From: a virus
Taxonomy: Duplodnaviria > Caudoviricetes
IMG/VR virus record: IMGVR_UViG_3300037454_000475
Span: 41,291-105,290 of that record
Length of the DNA: 64,000 bases
Reading direction: 5' to 3' (one strand)
A model generated the notes under the pieces. The model ran no database searches. It was not told where the DNA came from and saw only the letters and a program-made list of their open reading frames with translations. The translations under genes and the position numbers were made by a program. Shown here piece after piece: positions 27,361 through 37,244 of this stretch. How positions within the stretch are numbered: position 1 is the first letter of the stretch; every line of letters starts with the position of its first letter.

Positions 27361-27894
27361 TTAGAAGTCAAACATTACGACTCGGCCATCCTTTGTTTCA
27401 CCAAGGTTCTTCAATGCAAAATCACCAAGACCGGCACGATCACCACATATTTGGGAGAGTTCGTATTTGAGATGTGTAAGGAAATGAACGGTATCTTTCA
27501 CAATACCTCTGATCGCCCATCGGATATCCATGCAGTCACCTTCTTCCGGAGTGTACCACAAGTGTCCGTCATATACCAACTGATATATTGTATCCGGTCC
27601 GGATTTTGGAAATGGTACCTGTTGGGAGGTCTTGTATATGGATTTGCATTTCGATGTGTTTGGGGTACAATCTTCACGGATAATATAATCATCCCCCACC
27701 TCGAATACCCTTGGGAGAGCCTCGATCTCGACACCCATTTGGCATGCCTGATATAGGAGTTGCCATGGAAGAGGTACCCTGCCTCGTTTGAAGACCTTTT
27801 TTACACGGCCATCACCAAGGTCGAATACCTCCCCTTCTTCACCTTTACCAAGTGACTTGAATGATTCTTCTATGTATGTGTATAACGACTGCAT
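27361..27894 (-). CDS. Small protein-kinase-like protein with CTS-like N-terminus
   Basis: MQSLYTYIEES; LGKGEEGEVF, VKK, D...KN, MFDF; TAATG coupling with the upstream gene. Confidence 0.75.
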   Translation of the reverse strand: MQSLYTYIEESFKSLGKGEEGEVFDLGDGRVKKVFKRGRVPLPWQLLYQACQMGVEIEALPRVFEVGDDYIIREDCTPNTSKCKSIYKTSQQVPFPKSGPDTIYQLVYDGHLWYTPEEGDCMDIRWAIRGIVKDTVHFLTHLKYELSQICGDRAGLGDFALKNLGETKDGRVVMFDF

Positions 27895-28205
27895 TACTTG
27901 AGGCGGGTAATATAACCCCAACTATCTTTATACACCTCACCGGGTTTAAGTTTCGCAAGTTTTGCCGCAACTTCTTCCGTTTCTCCGGCCCATTGGGTGT
28001 ATCCTTCAATATCGCTTGTGGATATGATGTCAATTTCACCGGCATTATCATCATACATGACGTAAAGCTGGTCTGCGCGAACGTTTGATATCGGGAGGAC
28101 TTCTGTTGAGCTTTCCTCATGCTTTTGAATTTTGCCATTGCAACGAAATGAACTTTCATTTACTTGGCCGAGATTTTCAATTATTGCATCTTTAAGGTCT
28201 TTCAT
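27894..28205 (-). CDS. Hypothetical protein with CTS-like N-terminus
   Basis: MKDLKDAIIENLGQVNES. Confidence 0.7.
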   Translation of the reverse strand: MKDLKDAIIENLGQVNESSFRCNGKIQKHEESSTEVLPISNVRADQLYVMYDDNAGEIDIISTSDIEGYTQWAGETEEVAAKLAKLKPGEVYKDSWGYITRLK

Positions 28206-28221
28206 TGGTTTATGTTTTGTT

Positions 28222-28587
28222 TTATTCAATGGTGTATCCATCTATGTAGTCATTATCCGTCTCCCCTTCATTATCACATGAAAGTGATATCGTGACATCA
28301 TTCTCCTTGTTTTTGAACCATCCTTCACCTACATTGGTTCCGTTTCCGGTTATCTCAATGAATTTCCACTTTCCTGGTAGAATTGAATTTAGGTATTTTT
28401 CGGCGGATGCTCTTTCAGCCTTGTCGGATTCAGCCCAGTTGAAAAACCAAGCATCAATCGATTTATCGGATATACATTTTTCAAGTGCGGAGCGGACTTT
28501 CTCCACAAAGGCATCCCGGTTTGAAGACTCAGTTACCCCGTTTACATGATCCAATGATTCGTTTAAAAAATCTTTCAAGTCCTTCAT
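28222..28587 (-). CDS. Hypothetical protein with CTS-like N-terminus
   Basis: MKDLKDFLNES. Confidence 0.7.
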   Translation of the reverse strand: MKDLKDFLNESLDHVNGVTESSNRDAFVEKVRSALEKCISDKSIDAWFFNWAESDKAERASAEKYLNSILPGKWKFIEITGNGTNVGEGWFKNKENDVTISLSCDNEGETDNDYIDGYTIE

Positions 28588-28588
28588 A

Positions 28589-29272
28589 TTACAATGCGTC
28601 AATGTATTTTTGGTAACCGGGTTCCTCCAACACAATACCAACAAATGCGTTGGAACCGTCCATCTCATATTTCTTGATAATCTTTTTGGCCATGGTATTG
28701 CCGTATTTCCTTACAAGATAATGTTTTGCAATTTCATCGGCCTTATCGTATTGGTCTCCACCGTCCATCCAATCGTAAAACATTTCTTGGGTCATACCCA
28801 TTTGCTCAAGGTGTCTTGGCACGGTGCCATATTCATCGATATCCTTGCTTTCAAACAAAGGTTCCGGCGAATTATTGAACGCCCAGCATGCAATGTTTAG
28901 CACATCAATCATTTGGGTGAGATCAAGGCCGCGTTGATTGAAGAAATCAAGATCTTGAGGCGTGAGATCCCTGTTTTTCCTGTTATATTCATCGAATGAC
29001 CCTTGTTTGAGTTTGAAACGGTAATGCACCATACGGGTAGCGCGCCAGCTTGGACACTCAACCTCCAACATATTTGTATCATAATTGAATGCAAATGTTG
29101 CCTCGTTAAAGGCTTTGTCGTAATTATGGGATCCGCTGAATTGTTCCCATTCACTACCAAATAATCCAGGGCGGTATATTACTGTCCTACCTTTATAAGC
29201 ACATGGAGTCTTCTGTTTGGATGTAGGAGTGGACTCCAACATACTTGTAAGATGTTCTTGAAGTGATTTCAT
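28589..29272 (-). CDS. Hypothetical protein with CTS-like N-terminus
   Basis: MKSLQEHLTSMLES; shares FNNSPEP.F with its neighbour. Confidence 0.75.
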   Translation of the reverse strand: MKSLQEHLTSMLESTPTSKQKTPCAYKGRTVIYRPGLFGSEWEQFSGSHNYDKAFNEATFAFNYDTNMLEVECPSWRATRMVHYRFKLKQGSFDEYNRKNRDLTPQDLDFFNQRGLDLTQMIDVLNIACWAFNNSPEPLFESKDIDEYGTVPRHLEQMGMTQEMFYDWMDGGDQYDKADEIAKHYLVRKYGNTMAKKIIKKYEMDGSNAFVGIVLEEPGYQKYIDAL

Positions 29273-29285
29273 ATTGTTTTATCGC

Positions 29286-29774
29286 TTATTTGTAAATTTG
29301 TGGGCCTTTAGGTGATGTTTTAAAAATTGGCTCCGGTGAGTTGTTAAAGAAGTAACAAACAAACCACGCCATTTTTTCGGCGACATCTGCACCAAATTTA
29401 TTCTTCGCCTTGGGTGGAATCTTGAGATCCTTAACGGTTAACCCGTTAGGCTTGTTTTGATAATCGTGATAAGTAACGAGGTCGTCTGCCACCTTAAAAT
29501 CGTAGCTCACTGTTCCGGTATTATATGGGTCATCCATCACCGGGGTAACAAGGCTGATCTTCTTATCGTCATAATACATCACGATTTTGACATAGTCGAA
29601 CTCTTCGTCATCTGTGCTTACATCCATGCCAATTTCATCGAATCTCTCCTTGGTGATCCGATCACACTTGTCAAAATTGAAACGATATGTGGCGGCATGA
29701 GTTCTTTCGTTAAGTTCCCAATATTGTGCACCTTCATTAAGGGTTTCAACAAGATGTTCCTGAAGTGATTTCAT
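29286..29774 (-). CDS. Hypothetical protein with CTS-like N-terminus
   Basis: MKSLQEHLVETLNEG. Confidence 0.75.
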   Translation of the reverse strand: MKSLQEHLVETLNEGAQYWELNERTHAATYRFNFDKCDRITKERFDEIGMDVSTDDEEFDYVKIVMYYDDKKISLVTPVMDDPYNTGTVSYDFKVADDLVTYHDYQNKPNGLTVKDLKIPPKAKNKFGADVAEKMAWFVCYFFNNSPEPIFKTSPKGPQIYK

Positions 29775-29846
29775 ATTGTGTTGTTTGTATTTTTCCTTTT
29801 AATAATACTCATATGGTTATATAAACAATATTTGAGCATGTTAACA

Positions 29847-30713
29847 TTAGATGGTATTTGGTTGGAAGAAATAATCAGCTGCGTGGTTATTCGTAATCCA
29901 TTCCCTGATACGATCGAGCTCCTCGGAAGCCGGATCGGAATATGCTGAAACATTGATTTCAACGCCACCCGGGTATTTGAATGTAAACGTACCGTATATT
30001 TGGGCAAGTGCGGCCTTCACGCTACATATACAGTAACGTTTGAACATATGGCTATTATACAAATCCTGCAGGCGGACTCTCTTCCATGTGTCGATAACTA
30101 TATTGGAACCCTTACTATCACCAATGATGGTGAGTTTTTTGGAGTATTCATTGAAATTATATGAAAGGGTCGGTTCAAGGGTTTGTTTGAAGGTATCAAT
30201 CTCATACATACCGATCACAACATCCGATAATTTGAATCCACTAACTCCATTGAACGCTCCACCCACTCCAGCGGCACCTCCACCACCGATACTTCCGAGA
30301 CCACCAAATGTGGCATATGATGACATCATCATACGTTCGATGGAGAAATCTCCAAGGTTTCCGTACATGGTTTCGGAGGATCTATAGCATCCTTGAACAG
30401 CCATAATTTGTACCGGAAGTTGGATTATCTTATTGAATGTGTTACCTTTACAGAGCTCGGAGTTTGGTATGAAATAAAATCGTTGCTCAACCGCACTGTC
30501 ATCATTTTCCCAAAAATACCCGGCAGCATCCAGTATAATTGCCGGGATACGTTCCAAAGGTATAGGAGATGGGAGTACACAGGATTGGGTAACTGCGTTT
30601 ATAACGCTTTGCATAAATTGCATATCGACTTCATCCTCCCAAGAAGCTGTATCAACCCTGTTGTTATGTTCATTATATTCTTTCGGGATAAATCCGGTTG
30701 GTCCTGATTCCAT
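29847..30713 (-). CDS. Neck protein (T4 gp13-like)
   Basis: C-terminal KRY...K..L...G.F..KYPGGVEIN. Confidence 0.75.
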   Translation of the reverse strand: MESGPTGFIPKEYNEHNNRVDTASWEDEVDMQFMQSVINAVTQSCVLPSPIPLERIPAIILDAAGYFWENDDSAVEQRFYFIPNSELCKGNTFNKIIQLPVQIMAVQGCYRSSETMYGNLGDFSIERMMMSSYATFGGLGSIGGGGAAGVGGAFNGVSGFKLSDVVIGMYEIDTFKQTLEPTLSYNFNEYSKKLTIIGDSKGSNIVIDTWKRVRLQDLYNSHMFKRYCICSVKAALAQIYGTFTFKYPGGVEINVSAYSDPASEELDRIREWITNNHAADYFFQPNTI

Positions 30714-30787
30714 GGTTATTATTTCAATTCTTTTATAAAATAATAAAAGGCTCCGGTGGGAGCCTTTAGATTGATATTTATGTGTTT

Positions 30788-32290
30788 TTAATACTTCTTA
30801 CCACCACGTAGGGATTGAAGTTTCATTTGTTCCTTAATCATACGTTCGGCTTGGGCATCATCATCAACATCCTCGAATACCTTGGCCACCGTGACAAAAG
30901 AACGGATGGAAATTTCCATTTTTGATTTACTACCGGCAAGATCCTCGAGGTATTTAAGGGCTTTGAACTTGGCATCCACGGAGAGTTTGTTCGGCATAAT
31001 TGCCGGCATAATACTCTTAACCAACCCAAGACATTCTTCCACGGTAAATTCAAGGTCACAAATAAGACCACGGTTACGGATTGCCGTATCGATTTGACCG
31101 GCATTACGGTTTGTAATGATAATCATTGAACCCTCGGTGATGAATGATTTTGGATAGGTGTGTAATTCTCCACCACCACGCACGACCATAACGCCACAAA
31201 TTTCCTGATCCTCATAAGGGAGGCTCATGTATTCCTCTTCGGACATTATTGGTGGTTTCGAGGTGCCATAACTAACAATACGTTCATCGCTGGAATCGGT
31301 TGCAGCCTTAATAAGATTGATGATGGTTTCATCCGTCAATACATCATCGGCATCATCGCAAATAAGAATATCGCCTTCATGACGGAAATGGAACAAGTCC
31401 ATATAAAACGCCAAGGCGGTTTCCTTACCTTTAATGACTTTGAAGTTGCGGCCGGAAGATTTCACTTTCTGCATAACCCGATAGGTCTTACCTACACCCG
31501 GGGCGCCACAAATAAGAACACTGGGTTGGAGACCTTTCAAGACCATACTAACGTAATGTTCCATGTCACTGAAACGTTCCTCCGGTGTGGCACGTTGTTC
31601 AAATTCATCCTCCTGTGCCCGGTATTCACCACTATCTCCTTCAACATTAACGGATACGCCTGAACGAACTGATATTTTGGCCTCCTGATATTGGCGATCT
31701 ATATCGTCAAATTCAGCTTGTAAACTGGTGATATCCTTTCCTTTTTTCTTCCAATCATGAATACGATGGCGGAGAAGTTCACGCTGTTTCTTGAGGGCAT
31801 CAATATTGTCCTCATTGATGGCGAAAAAACCAGCTCCTTCGTTTAATGATTCATAGAGCTGATGTTCATTGAACCACTTACGAATATCATTTGCGTCCAT
31901 TTTCGTTTTGCCGGAGACAACATCACGTACCAATGGAAGAACTTGGACAAGTGGAATACCATTGACATTACAGCTTACGTCAAATTTGCATTTACCACCT
32001 TCGGTAAGTAAAAGAAGGATTTTCGCAGCCTCATTGGTAAACATCACACCATCAAGCTCGGTCGATTTACCTTGCTTCCAAAGGAAATATGCTCCTTTCA
32101 TGGTTTGACATGAGTAAGCAAAATATCCGTAATATTTAATTCCTTCCACAGTGAGGTTGCTTATATCCTTACGGATAAAGATATGGCTCTTCTTGAGGTA
32201 ATTTTGAATGGTCGTCGTGGCCTCCTGAAATTGGCCGTTGGCGATTGCCTCATTTACTGTGTTTGTTATGTAGTATCGGAGGTCTATCAT
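30788..32290 (-). CDS. AAA+ ATPase with CTS-like N-terminus
   Basis: GAPGVGKT Walker A, LICDD Walker B, IIITN sensor; MIDLRYYITNTVNEA. Confidence 0.8.
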   Translation of the reverse strand: MIDLRYYITNTVNEAIANGQFQEATTTIQNYLKKSHIFIRKDISNLTVEGIKYYGYFAYSCQTMKGAYFLWKQGKSTELDGVMFTNEAAKILLLLTEGGKCKFDVSCNVNGIPLVQVLPLVRDVVSGKTKMDANDIRKWFNEHQLYESLNEGAGFFAINEDNIDALKKQRELLRHRIHDWKKKGKDITSLQAEFDDIDRQYQEAKISVRSGVSVNVEGDSGEYRAQEDEFEQRATPEERFSDMEHYVSMVLKGLQPSVLICGAPGVGKTYRVMQKVKSSGRNFKVIKGKETALAFYMDLFHFRHEGDILICDDADDVLTDETIINLIKAATDSSDERIVSYGTSKPPIMSEEEYMSLPYEDQEICGVMVVRGGGELHTYPKSFITEGSMIIITNRNAGQIDTAIRNRGLICDLEFTVEECLGLVKSIMPAIMPNKLSVDAKFKALKYLEDLAGSKSKMEISIRSFVTVAKVFEDVDDDAQAERMIKEQMKLQSLRGGKKY

Positions 32291-32304
32291 GGTGTTCCTG
32301 TTTT

Positions 32305-32688
32305 TTAGTATTGGCTATTGATGAAATCGGTGAGTTCCTTGGTAAACTCCGGGGTCTTACGGGCTTTTCCGTATTTCTCATAGAATTTCATCACGGTTGG
32401 AACGATATCCGCCTTACGTTTTATGACAACTTCATCCTTGTCGTTTTTCCATGCGGTGATTACACCGGTTTTATCATCATAGTGGAACGAACAGAATACG
32501 CCGCCAAAAGCATCGGTTTCGATGGCGACAAGTTTAAAACCATAATCGGGGTAATCTTTCACATCCACCTGACATTCAAGTTTCTTGGCAATATCCTTAC
32601 ACAAGTCAACGAATACATTGAAGTCCTTAAATAGACCACGTGATTCATTGGTAAGGGATTCGGTCAAATGTTCCTGAAGGGATTTCAT
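32305..32688 (-). CDS. Hypothetical protein with CTS-like N-terminus
   Basis: MKSLQEHLTESLTNES. Confidence 0.75.
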   Translation of the reverse strand: MKSLQEHLTESLTNESRGLFKDFNVFVDLCKDIAKKLECQVDVKDYPDYGFKLVAIETDAFGGVFCSFHYDDKTGVITAWKNDKDEVVIKRKADIVPTVMKFYEKYGKARKTPEFTKELTDFINSQY

Positions 32689-32717
32689 AATCGCTACTTT
32701 ATTTCCATTAAATAATA

Positions 32718-32739
32718 AAAGGCCTCCGTAGAGGCCTTT
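32718..32739 (-). terminator. Hairpin terminator after queE
   Basis: AAAGGCCTC-CGTA-GAGGCCTTT. Confidence 0.6.
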
Positions 32740-32771
32740 ACCGAGGAATTTATGCTATCTTGCATGGGCTC

Positions 32772-33641
32772 TTATACACCACGTTTGTCGCCCCACAAAC
32801 GGATATGAAGGCGATCGGCGAACCTCCAGCCTCGTTCGATACAAACCTTGGCGGCTTCGAGGCCGTTTTTGTTGATTTGATCGGCTGTAACACCTTCGGG
32901 CATCAACATGATATCTTCGGGATATATGGTTTTACCCATCTTACGGAGGGTGTCCACTAACTCATCGATATCCTTCACTGATTCCGGGCCGGAGTAGACG
33001 AACTTCAATTGGAAATCCTGCATATCCATCATGGCTGCAATAGCATCGGGATTGTAGCGGGTCTTGTTGAGTTTTTCAACTTCAGCCTTTGTGAAGGTTT
33101 TCGATACCACCTTACCATCATGTGTGTAGTAATATGGTTTGTCGGGAACCGGCATTGAAGTTGACAGCTTGGGCGAAATGCTGTACAAATCAACAACTTG
33201 CTTGATTGGGCCGAAAGTGCCGTTTGTTTCAATGGTGATACGATAATCCATATCGTTTATACATCCAATGTATTCGATAAGATCATCAAGTTCCTCACCG
33301 AACATTAACGGTTCTCCGCCGGTAAAAACGATGTCAATGATATTTGGGTTCTTTTGAAGCATGGTGACCACGTCATCCTTACTGTATTTGCCCTTTTCCG
33401 GGCTAAATGAGGAGTATGCGGTGTCACACACGGTGTTCTTAAAGCAACAACGAAGGTTGCATCCGGATATCCTAACGAACAGGCTGGGCATACCAACGTA
33501 TTTACCTTCACCCTGGAGTGAGACAAATAAGTCAACAATGTTGAGTCTATCACACAAACGTGCGAGTTCTTCCGGTTCCTTATTACGTCTCTTCACTGGG
33601 GTTGACATGTCCAGTTCTTCGTGTTTTTCGTGTTTTTTCAT
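32772..33641 (-). CDS. queE: 7-carboxy-7-deazaguanine synthase (radical SAM)
   Basis: F.SLQGEG..VG.PS.FVR.SGCNLRC...CDT, TGGEP, IETNG, SPKL, RLH..LW. Confidence 0.92.
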   Translation of the reverse strand: MKKHEKHEELDMSTPVKRRNKEPEELARLCDRLNIVDLFVSLQGEGKYVGMPSLFVRISGCNLRCCFKNTVCDTAYSSFSPEKGKYSKDDVVTMLQKNPNIIDIVFTGGEPLMFGEELDDLIEYIGCINDMDYRITIETNGTFGPIKQVVDLYSISPKLSTSMPVPDKPYYYTHDGKVVSKTFTKAEVEKLNKTRYNPDAIAAMMDMQDFQLKFVYSGPESVKDIDELVDTLRKMGKTIYPEDIMLMPEGVTADQINKNGLEAAKVCIERGWRFADRLHIRLWGDKRGV

Positions 33642-33656
33642 ACTGTGGAACTTTTT

Positions 33657-34286
33657 TTATCTCCAGTCGTTATCTTGACCTGTAGGATTTGCTTTTACCT
33701 GATTGTACGGCGAATATTCCGGGTTAATGGTTGCGTTGGGGTTTGCAAGAAGGAGAGCGAGGTCTCCACTGATATCCTCCTTGACGGCATCACTCAAACC
33801 AATGCGGTAGAAGTTGTTCTTATCCCACATGGTATCAAGATCCGCCTCGCAACAATGAGCGTATCCGGATTCGGTTTCATGGTAGATAACACCACAACAA
33901 TGAAGATTCTTATCTTCGCCATTGATCTTGGCTGTGTGACGGATGATGTGGTTGATCGCGTCCATGAAGAATAACGAAAGCATCTCGGCTGTTGGATTGA
34001 ATGGAAGGGCAATCCAGCGATCACTGTCGGAAATGATATTGCTGATATAACTGGGGTCATCCTTATCCCAATACACAAAACAGTGATCGAACATATCGAT
34101 GAACTGTTTGACCGTACCTTTCATCAAACCAAAATCATAAAGCATTCCTGCCTTGTCAAGGTGTGTACCTTCGAGAAGAACCTCGATGACCGCACTATGA
34201 CCATGCATTGAATGCGAGCAACGTTTGGATGAACAATTACGGACGATATGTCCCATTTCCACCCTGTACTTTTTGCGTATAATCAT
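33657..34286 (-). CDS. queD: 6-carboxytetrahydropterin synthase
   Basis: H......C...HGHS, G..YDFG..K, FDH, NPTAE; adjacent to queE. Confidence 0.9.
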   Translation of the reverse strand: MIIRKKYRVEMGHIVRNCSSKRCSHSMHGHSAVIEVLLEGTHLDKAGMLYDFGLMKGTVKQFIDMFDHCFVYWDKDDPSYISNIISDSDRWIALPFNPTAEMLSLFFMDAINHIIRHTAKINGEDKNLHCCGVIYHETESGYAHCCEADLDTMWDKNNFYRIGLSDAVKEDISGDLALLLANPNATINPEYSPYNQVKANPTGQDNDWR

Positions 34287-34332
34287 TTTGTTGTACTTTA
34301 ATTTAATTAATATATTAAAGGTCAAAGTAAGT

Positions 34333-34842
34333 TTACTTGTATGCCTTAACCGTGGTAGCGATCACGCTGTTTTCTGCATCCGGGTACTTTTCCTTGACCT
34401 TGGCGATGATATCCTTCATAAATGGCATGATGTTACCATTGAAGGCGTGGTCTGTCATAGCCTTAATCTTGAGGAAATTTTCAACCACACACTTGGTTTC
34501 CTCCTCGATCTGTTCCTTCGTAGGGCCTTTAGCTGAATCCGGGAGAAGACTGAAAATGATATCAGCTTCCCCGAGTTCATCAGCGGCACGCTGTTGCTCA
34601 CCGGCGTTTTTATAGATGTCAGCGGCTTTCTTGCGTTTGGCGATCATATCTTTCAGGATGGCAATTTCCTGATCGTCAGTAGGGATGTGGGTGGCATTAT
34701 ATCCGGCAGTTGCAAGCTCGGTTTTGACTGCACGGAATACCTCGAGGGTTATCTTGATACTTTCCTCCTCGATCAAATTGCTTGCGTGTGCTTTGTCCTT
34801 GATTGCGTTTGCAATCAATTCGTCAATTTTTTCGTGAATCAT
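34333..34842 (-). CDS. GatB/YqeY domain protein
   Basis: A.KDK, R.VK.E, IL...I.KR..A...Y..AG, E..E..I...LLP. Confidence 0.85.
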   Translation of the reverse strand: MIHEKIDELIANAIKDKAHASNLIEEESIKITLEVFRAVKTELATAGYNATHIPTDDQEIAILKDMIAKRKKAADIYKNAGEQQRAADELGEADIIFSLLPDSAKGPTKEQIEEETKCVVENFLKIKAMTDHAFNGNIMPFMKDIIAKVKEKYPDAENSVIATTVKAYK

Positions 34843-34854
34843 GGTTGTTTTGTT

Positions 34855-35151
34855 TTATTTGGTTATTTCATCTGTGTATTTGTTGATAGGTGTTGCATTT
34901 TTCCATACCTCTTGAGGGGTAAGTCCGAGATCCGGTCTGTACCAAAGGGGGTTCACGGTGACCACCTGATGTACAGTGATATGTCCATCTTCTTCAAGAT
35001 GGCAATGAACATTTACATTGGTCACTGTATTTGGACCTCCCCAAAAATCGAAGATATCACCAAGCGAGAACTTCCAGTCAATTGGGAACTGCCCAATGAT
35101 GTAGGTTTGGTGTGTTTCGGGATCATCCCATCTGAATTGTACAACGTTCAT
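34855..35151 (-). CDS. Hypothetical protein
   Basis: ATGA overlap with the sigma gene. Confidence 0.6.
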   Translation of the reverse strand: MNVVQFRWDDPETHQTYIIGQFPIDWKFSLGDIFDFWGGPNTVTNVNVHCHLEEDGHITVHQVVTVNPLWYRPDLGLTPQEVWKNATPINKYTDEITK

Positions 35152-35810
35152 AGCAGATCCTCCAATTCTTCGCAAAGAGCCTCATCACTACGGATGGCAG
35201 CAATGATACGTTGATTGACGTAAGTGATTGCCGCGCTGGACACCTTGTACTGTTTTGCGATCTGCGTGCGGGGGACATCATCCTGCTCACCCAAGCCGAA
35301 TGTTTGGAAGAAAATATCCGTATCCCGTTTTGAAAAACGGCTTGACACAAAGATACGGATGTGTTCCAATGCAGCCCCAACGGAAATCTTATCCGGGTCT
35401 ACGGAAGGTTCCGGAATATTCCAGTGTTCATCACCATCCGAATCCGTCTTGGAAACGATTGGTTGATAAATGTAGGTGGGGCGACCTTCGGCCTTGGCCT
35501 TCTTCTGTTGATAGTTTGAGAAGGTTACGATGTGGCCCTCACGGTTGGTACCGTTCATGATGAAGTAATAAATACGGTATGCCGCATACTGGAGGAATGA
35601 CTGACCGGAATCCGGCTTGTAAGTATTCATGGCGTCTGCCAATCCTTCAAAACCGAAGCCGATGATGTCATCGTAAGTCAACGGGGTTTTGTCCTTGTTT
35701 TGGTTAGCAATCTTGTAGACCAACGGTGTATACTGGCGAGCATACTCTTCGCGTTCTGCCTGTGTGGTTGGTCGGTGAAACTGAATACTTTGGTTTCCCT
35801 TTTTATTCAT
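35148..35810 (-). CDS. Sigma-70 family sigma factor
   Basis: Region 2 (LV.KIA, DII..G..GL..A...Y.P..G.SF..YA...I) and region 4 HTH. Confidence 0.85.
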   Translation of the reverse strand: MNKKGNQSIQFHRPTTQAEREEYARQYTPLVYKIANQNKDKTPLTYDDIIGFGFEGLADAMNTYKPDSGQSFLQYAAYRIYYFIMNGTNREGHIVTFSNYQQKKAKAEGRPTYIYQPIVSKTDSDGDEHWNIPEPSVDPDKISVGAALEHIRIFVSSRFSKRDTDIFFQTFGLGEQDDVPRTQIAKQYKVSSAAITYVNQRIIAAIRSDEALCEELEDLL

Positions 35811-35853
35811 ATGGATATGTATTAGAGTTAATGCCTGATGTTTGATATTCTTC

Positions 35854-35885
35854 CATATATAAATGAACCTCGAAATAAATTAACA
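35854..35885 (-). promoter_or_regulatory. Phage promoter TGTTAA-N18-TATATATG upstream of the sigma gene
   Basis: Recurrent motif. Confidence 0.7.
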
Positions 35886-35922
35886 AAAAATTCCGAGGTT
35901 TATTGTGTGATTGGATAAAACC

Positions 35923-36474
35923 TTATCCTTTAATGGGTTTGTTTGGAATGCTACATATGATCTCCCAAGGAAATACATTCATGTTGATTCCGCTTGCAAA
36001 CTTACACACCATACAGGTTTTTATACCATACGGACAAGTCGGGCAGGACATTTCCAATTGCCGTGCCGTGCAATCACATGACATTGGTGATTGTGGCAAT
36101 TCTATGGTTTTTGGTTCCGGCTCCGGTTCGACCTTCTTTTGTGAATCTTCTCCGGATGAAAATTGCTGACGCATACATTCCATGAGTTTTTTGCATTCGT
36201 CAATATTCTTGATAAGCCAGTCGCTGTACTTGATTATTTCCAACCGGATGTTATCGCCACATTTCTCCTGAAATTCCGCTTGTTTCTTCTTGGCGGTTTC
36301 CCATATCATTGGAACCGGTGTACCTTTATCCAAGGCGTATTCACCAACTCCCTTTTTAACGACATTTACACTGCCACCCATAATGATGTAGTGGTCTCTC
36401 TTAATGCCGGATTCCCTTTTTAATTCGTCTTCGAATGATTTAAGGGCTTCTTTTACATCTTCGTATGTTCTCAT
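35923..36474 (-). CDS. Hypothetical protein with Cys-rich C-terminus
   Basis: CxC, CxxC, CxxC; start reassigned to MRTYE. Confidence 0.65.
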   Translation of the reverse strand: MRTYEDVKEALKSFEDELKRESGIKRDHYIIMGGSVNVVKKGVGEYALDKGTPVPMIWETAKKKQAEFQEKCGDNIRLEIIKYSDWLIKNIDECKKLMECMRQQFSSGEDSQKKVEPEPEPKTIELPQSPMSCDCTARQLEMSCPTCPYGIKTCMVCKFASGINMNVFPWEIICSIPNKPIKG

Positions 36475-36563
36475 GTCAATTATTCTGATTAAAAACCATT
36501 GATTCAATAAAATATATTGTTTGGCACCGGTATTTTTAATATGACGAATAAAAATATCCTGAT

Positions 36564-37184
36564 ATGAATTTAAGCCTTGCTCCGCGATTTGATCAGTTTA
36601 GGTTTGTAATCCCAAAGGATTATATACCAACGGAGGTTCTCAATAAATATGACAGAATACTCGCCAAAAACCCAAGCACGTTCATGAGTGCAATCGATTA
36701 CCTTAATGAGTCCATCAAAGGTATCTCATTACCGGCAATAGAAAACATCATTGTTGAACAGCCGCAGGTTTCCCATAATACGATGAAAGAAAATGGCTCG
36801 CTTCTTGGTAAGATCAATATAGAGCCATCTCATCCCAATGTGACCTTATCTTCCGAAAATATCCTTTCCAAGATAAACAATACGTTTACGGTTACATTCC
36901 GCCAAAATCAAGGTTTGTATAACTACTTCATGTTATATGAGAGTATATTTCATAGGTACATGAAGCCGGAACTATACCACCAAAACGATAATGAAGTATT
37001 TGACGTTGTTTTCTTGGATGAGGATAGTTTGCCGGTGTCCCGGATGATGTTATATCAGCCGGAATTTAATGGCATATCGGGTTTGGAGTTTTCGTATGAT
37101 AAGGTTGAACGCCAAACAGACACATTTGATGTCGTGTTTACCTTCAACAACATTGATTTTGATTTCATCCCGGGTAAACAATAA
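36564..37184 (+). CDS. Tail tube terminator / tail completion (T4 gp3-like)
   Basis: F.F.IP, GISLP, F.VTF......NY, ISGLEF, F.V.F.F pattern. Confidence 0.7.
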   Translation: MNLSLAPRFDQFRFVIPKDYIPTEVLNKYDRILAKNPSTFMSAIDYLNESIKGISLPAIENIIVEQPQVSHNTMKENGSLLGKINIEPSHPNVTLSSENILSKINNTFTVTFRQNQGLYNYFMLYESIFHRYMKPELYHQNDNEVFDVVFLDEDSLPVSRMMLYQPEFNGISGLEFSYDKVERQTDTFDVVFTFNNIDFDFIPGKQ

Positions 37185-37200
37185 ATTCAAAGAACTTAAT

Positions 37201-37230
37201 AAAAAAGGCCCTCGCGGGCCTTTTCTTTTT
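37201..37230. terminator. Bidirectional terminator
   Basis: AAAAGGCCC-TCGC-GGGCCTTTT between convergent genes. Confidence 0.85.
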
Positions 37231-37244
37231 CGCGGTTTGTGGAG

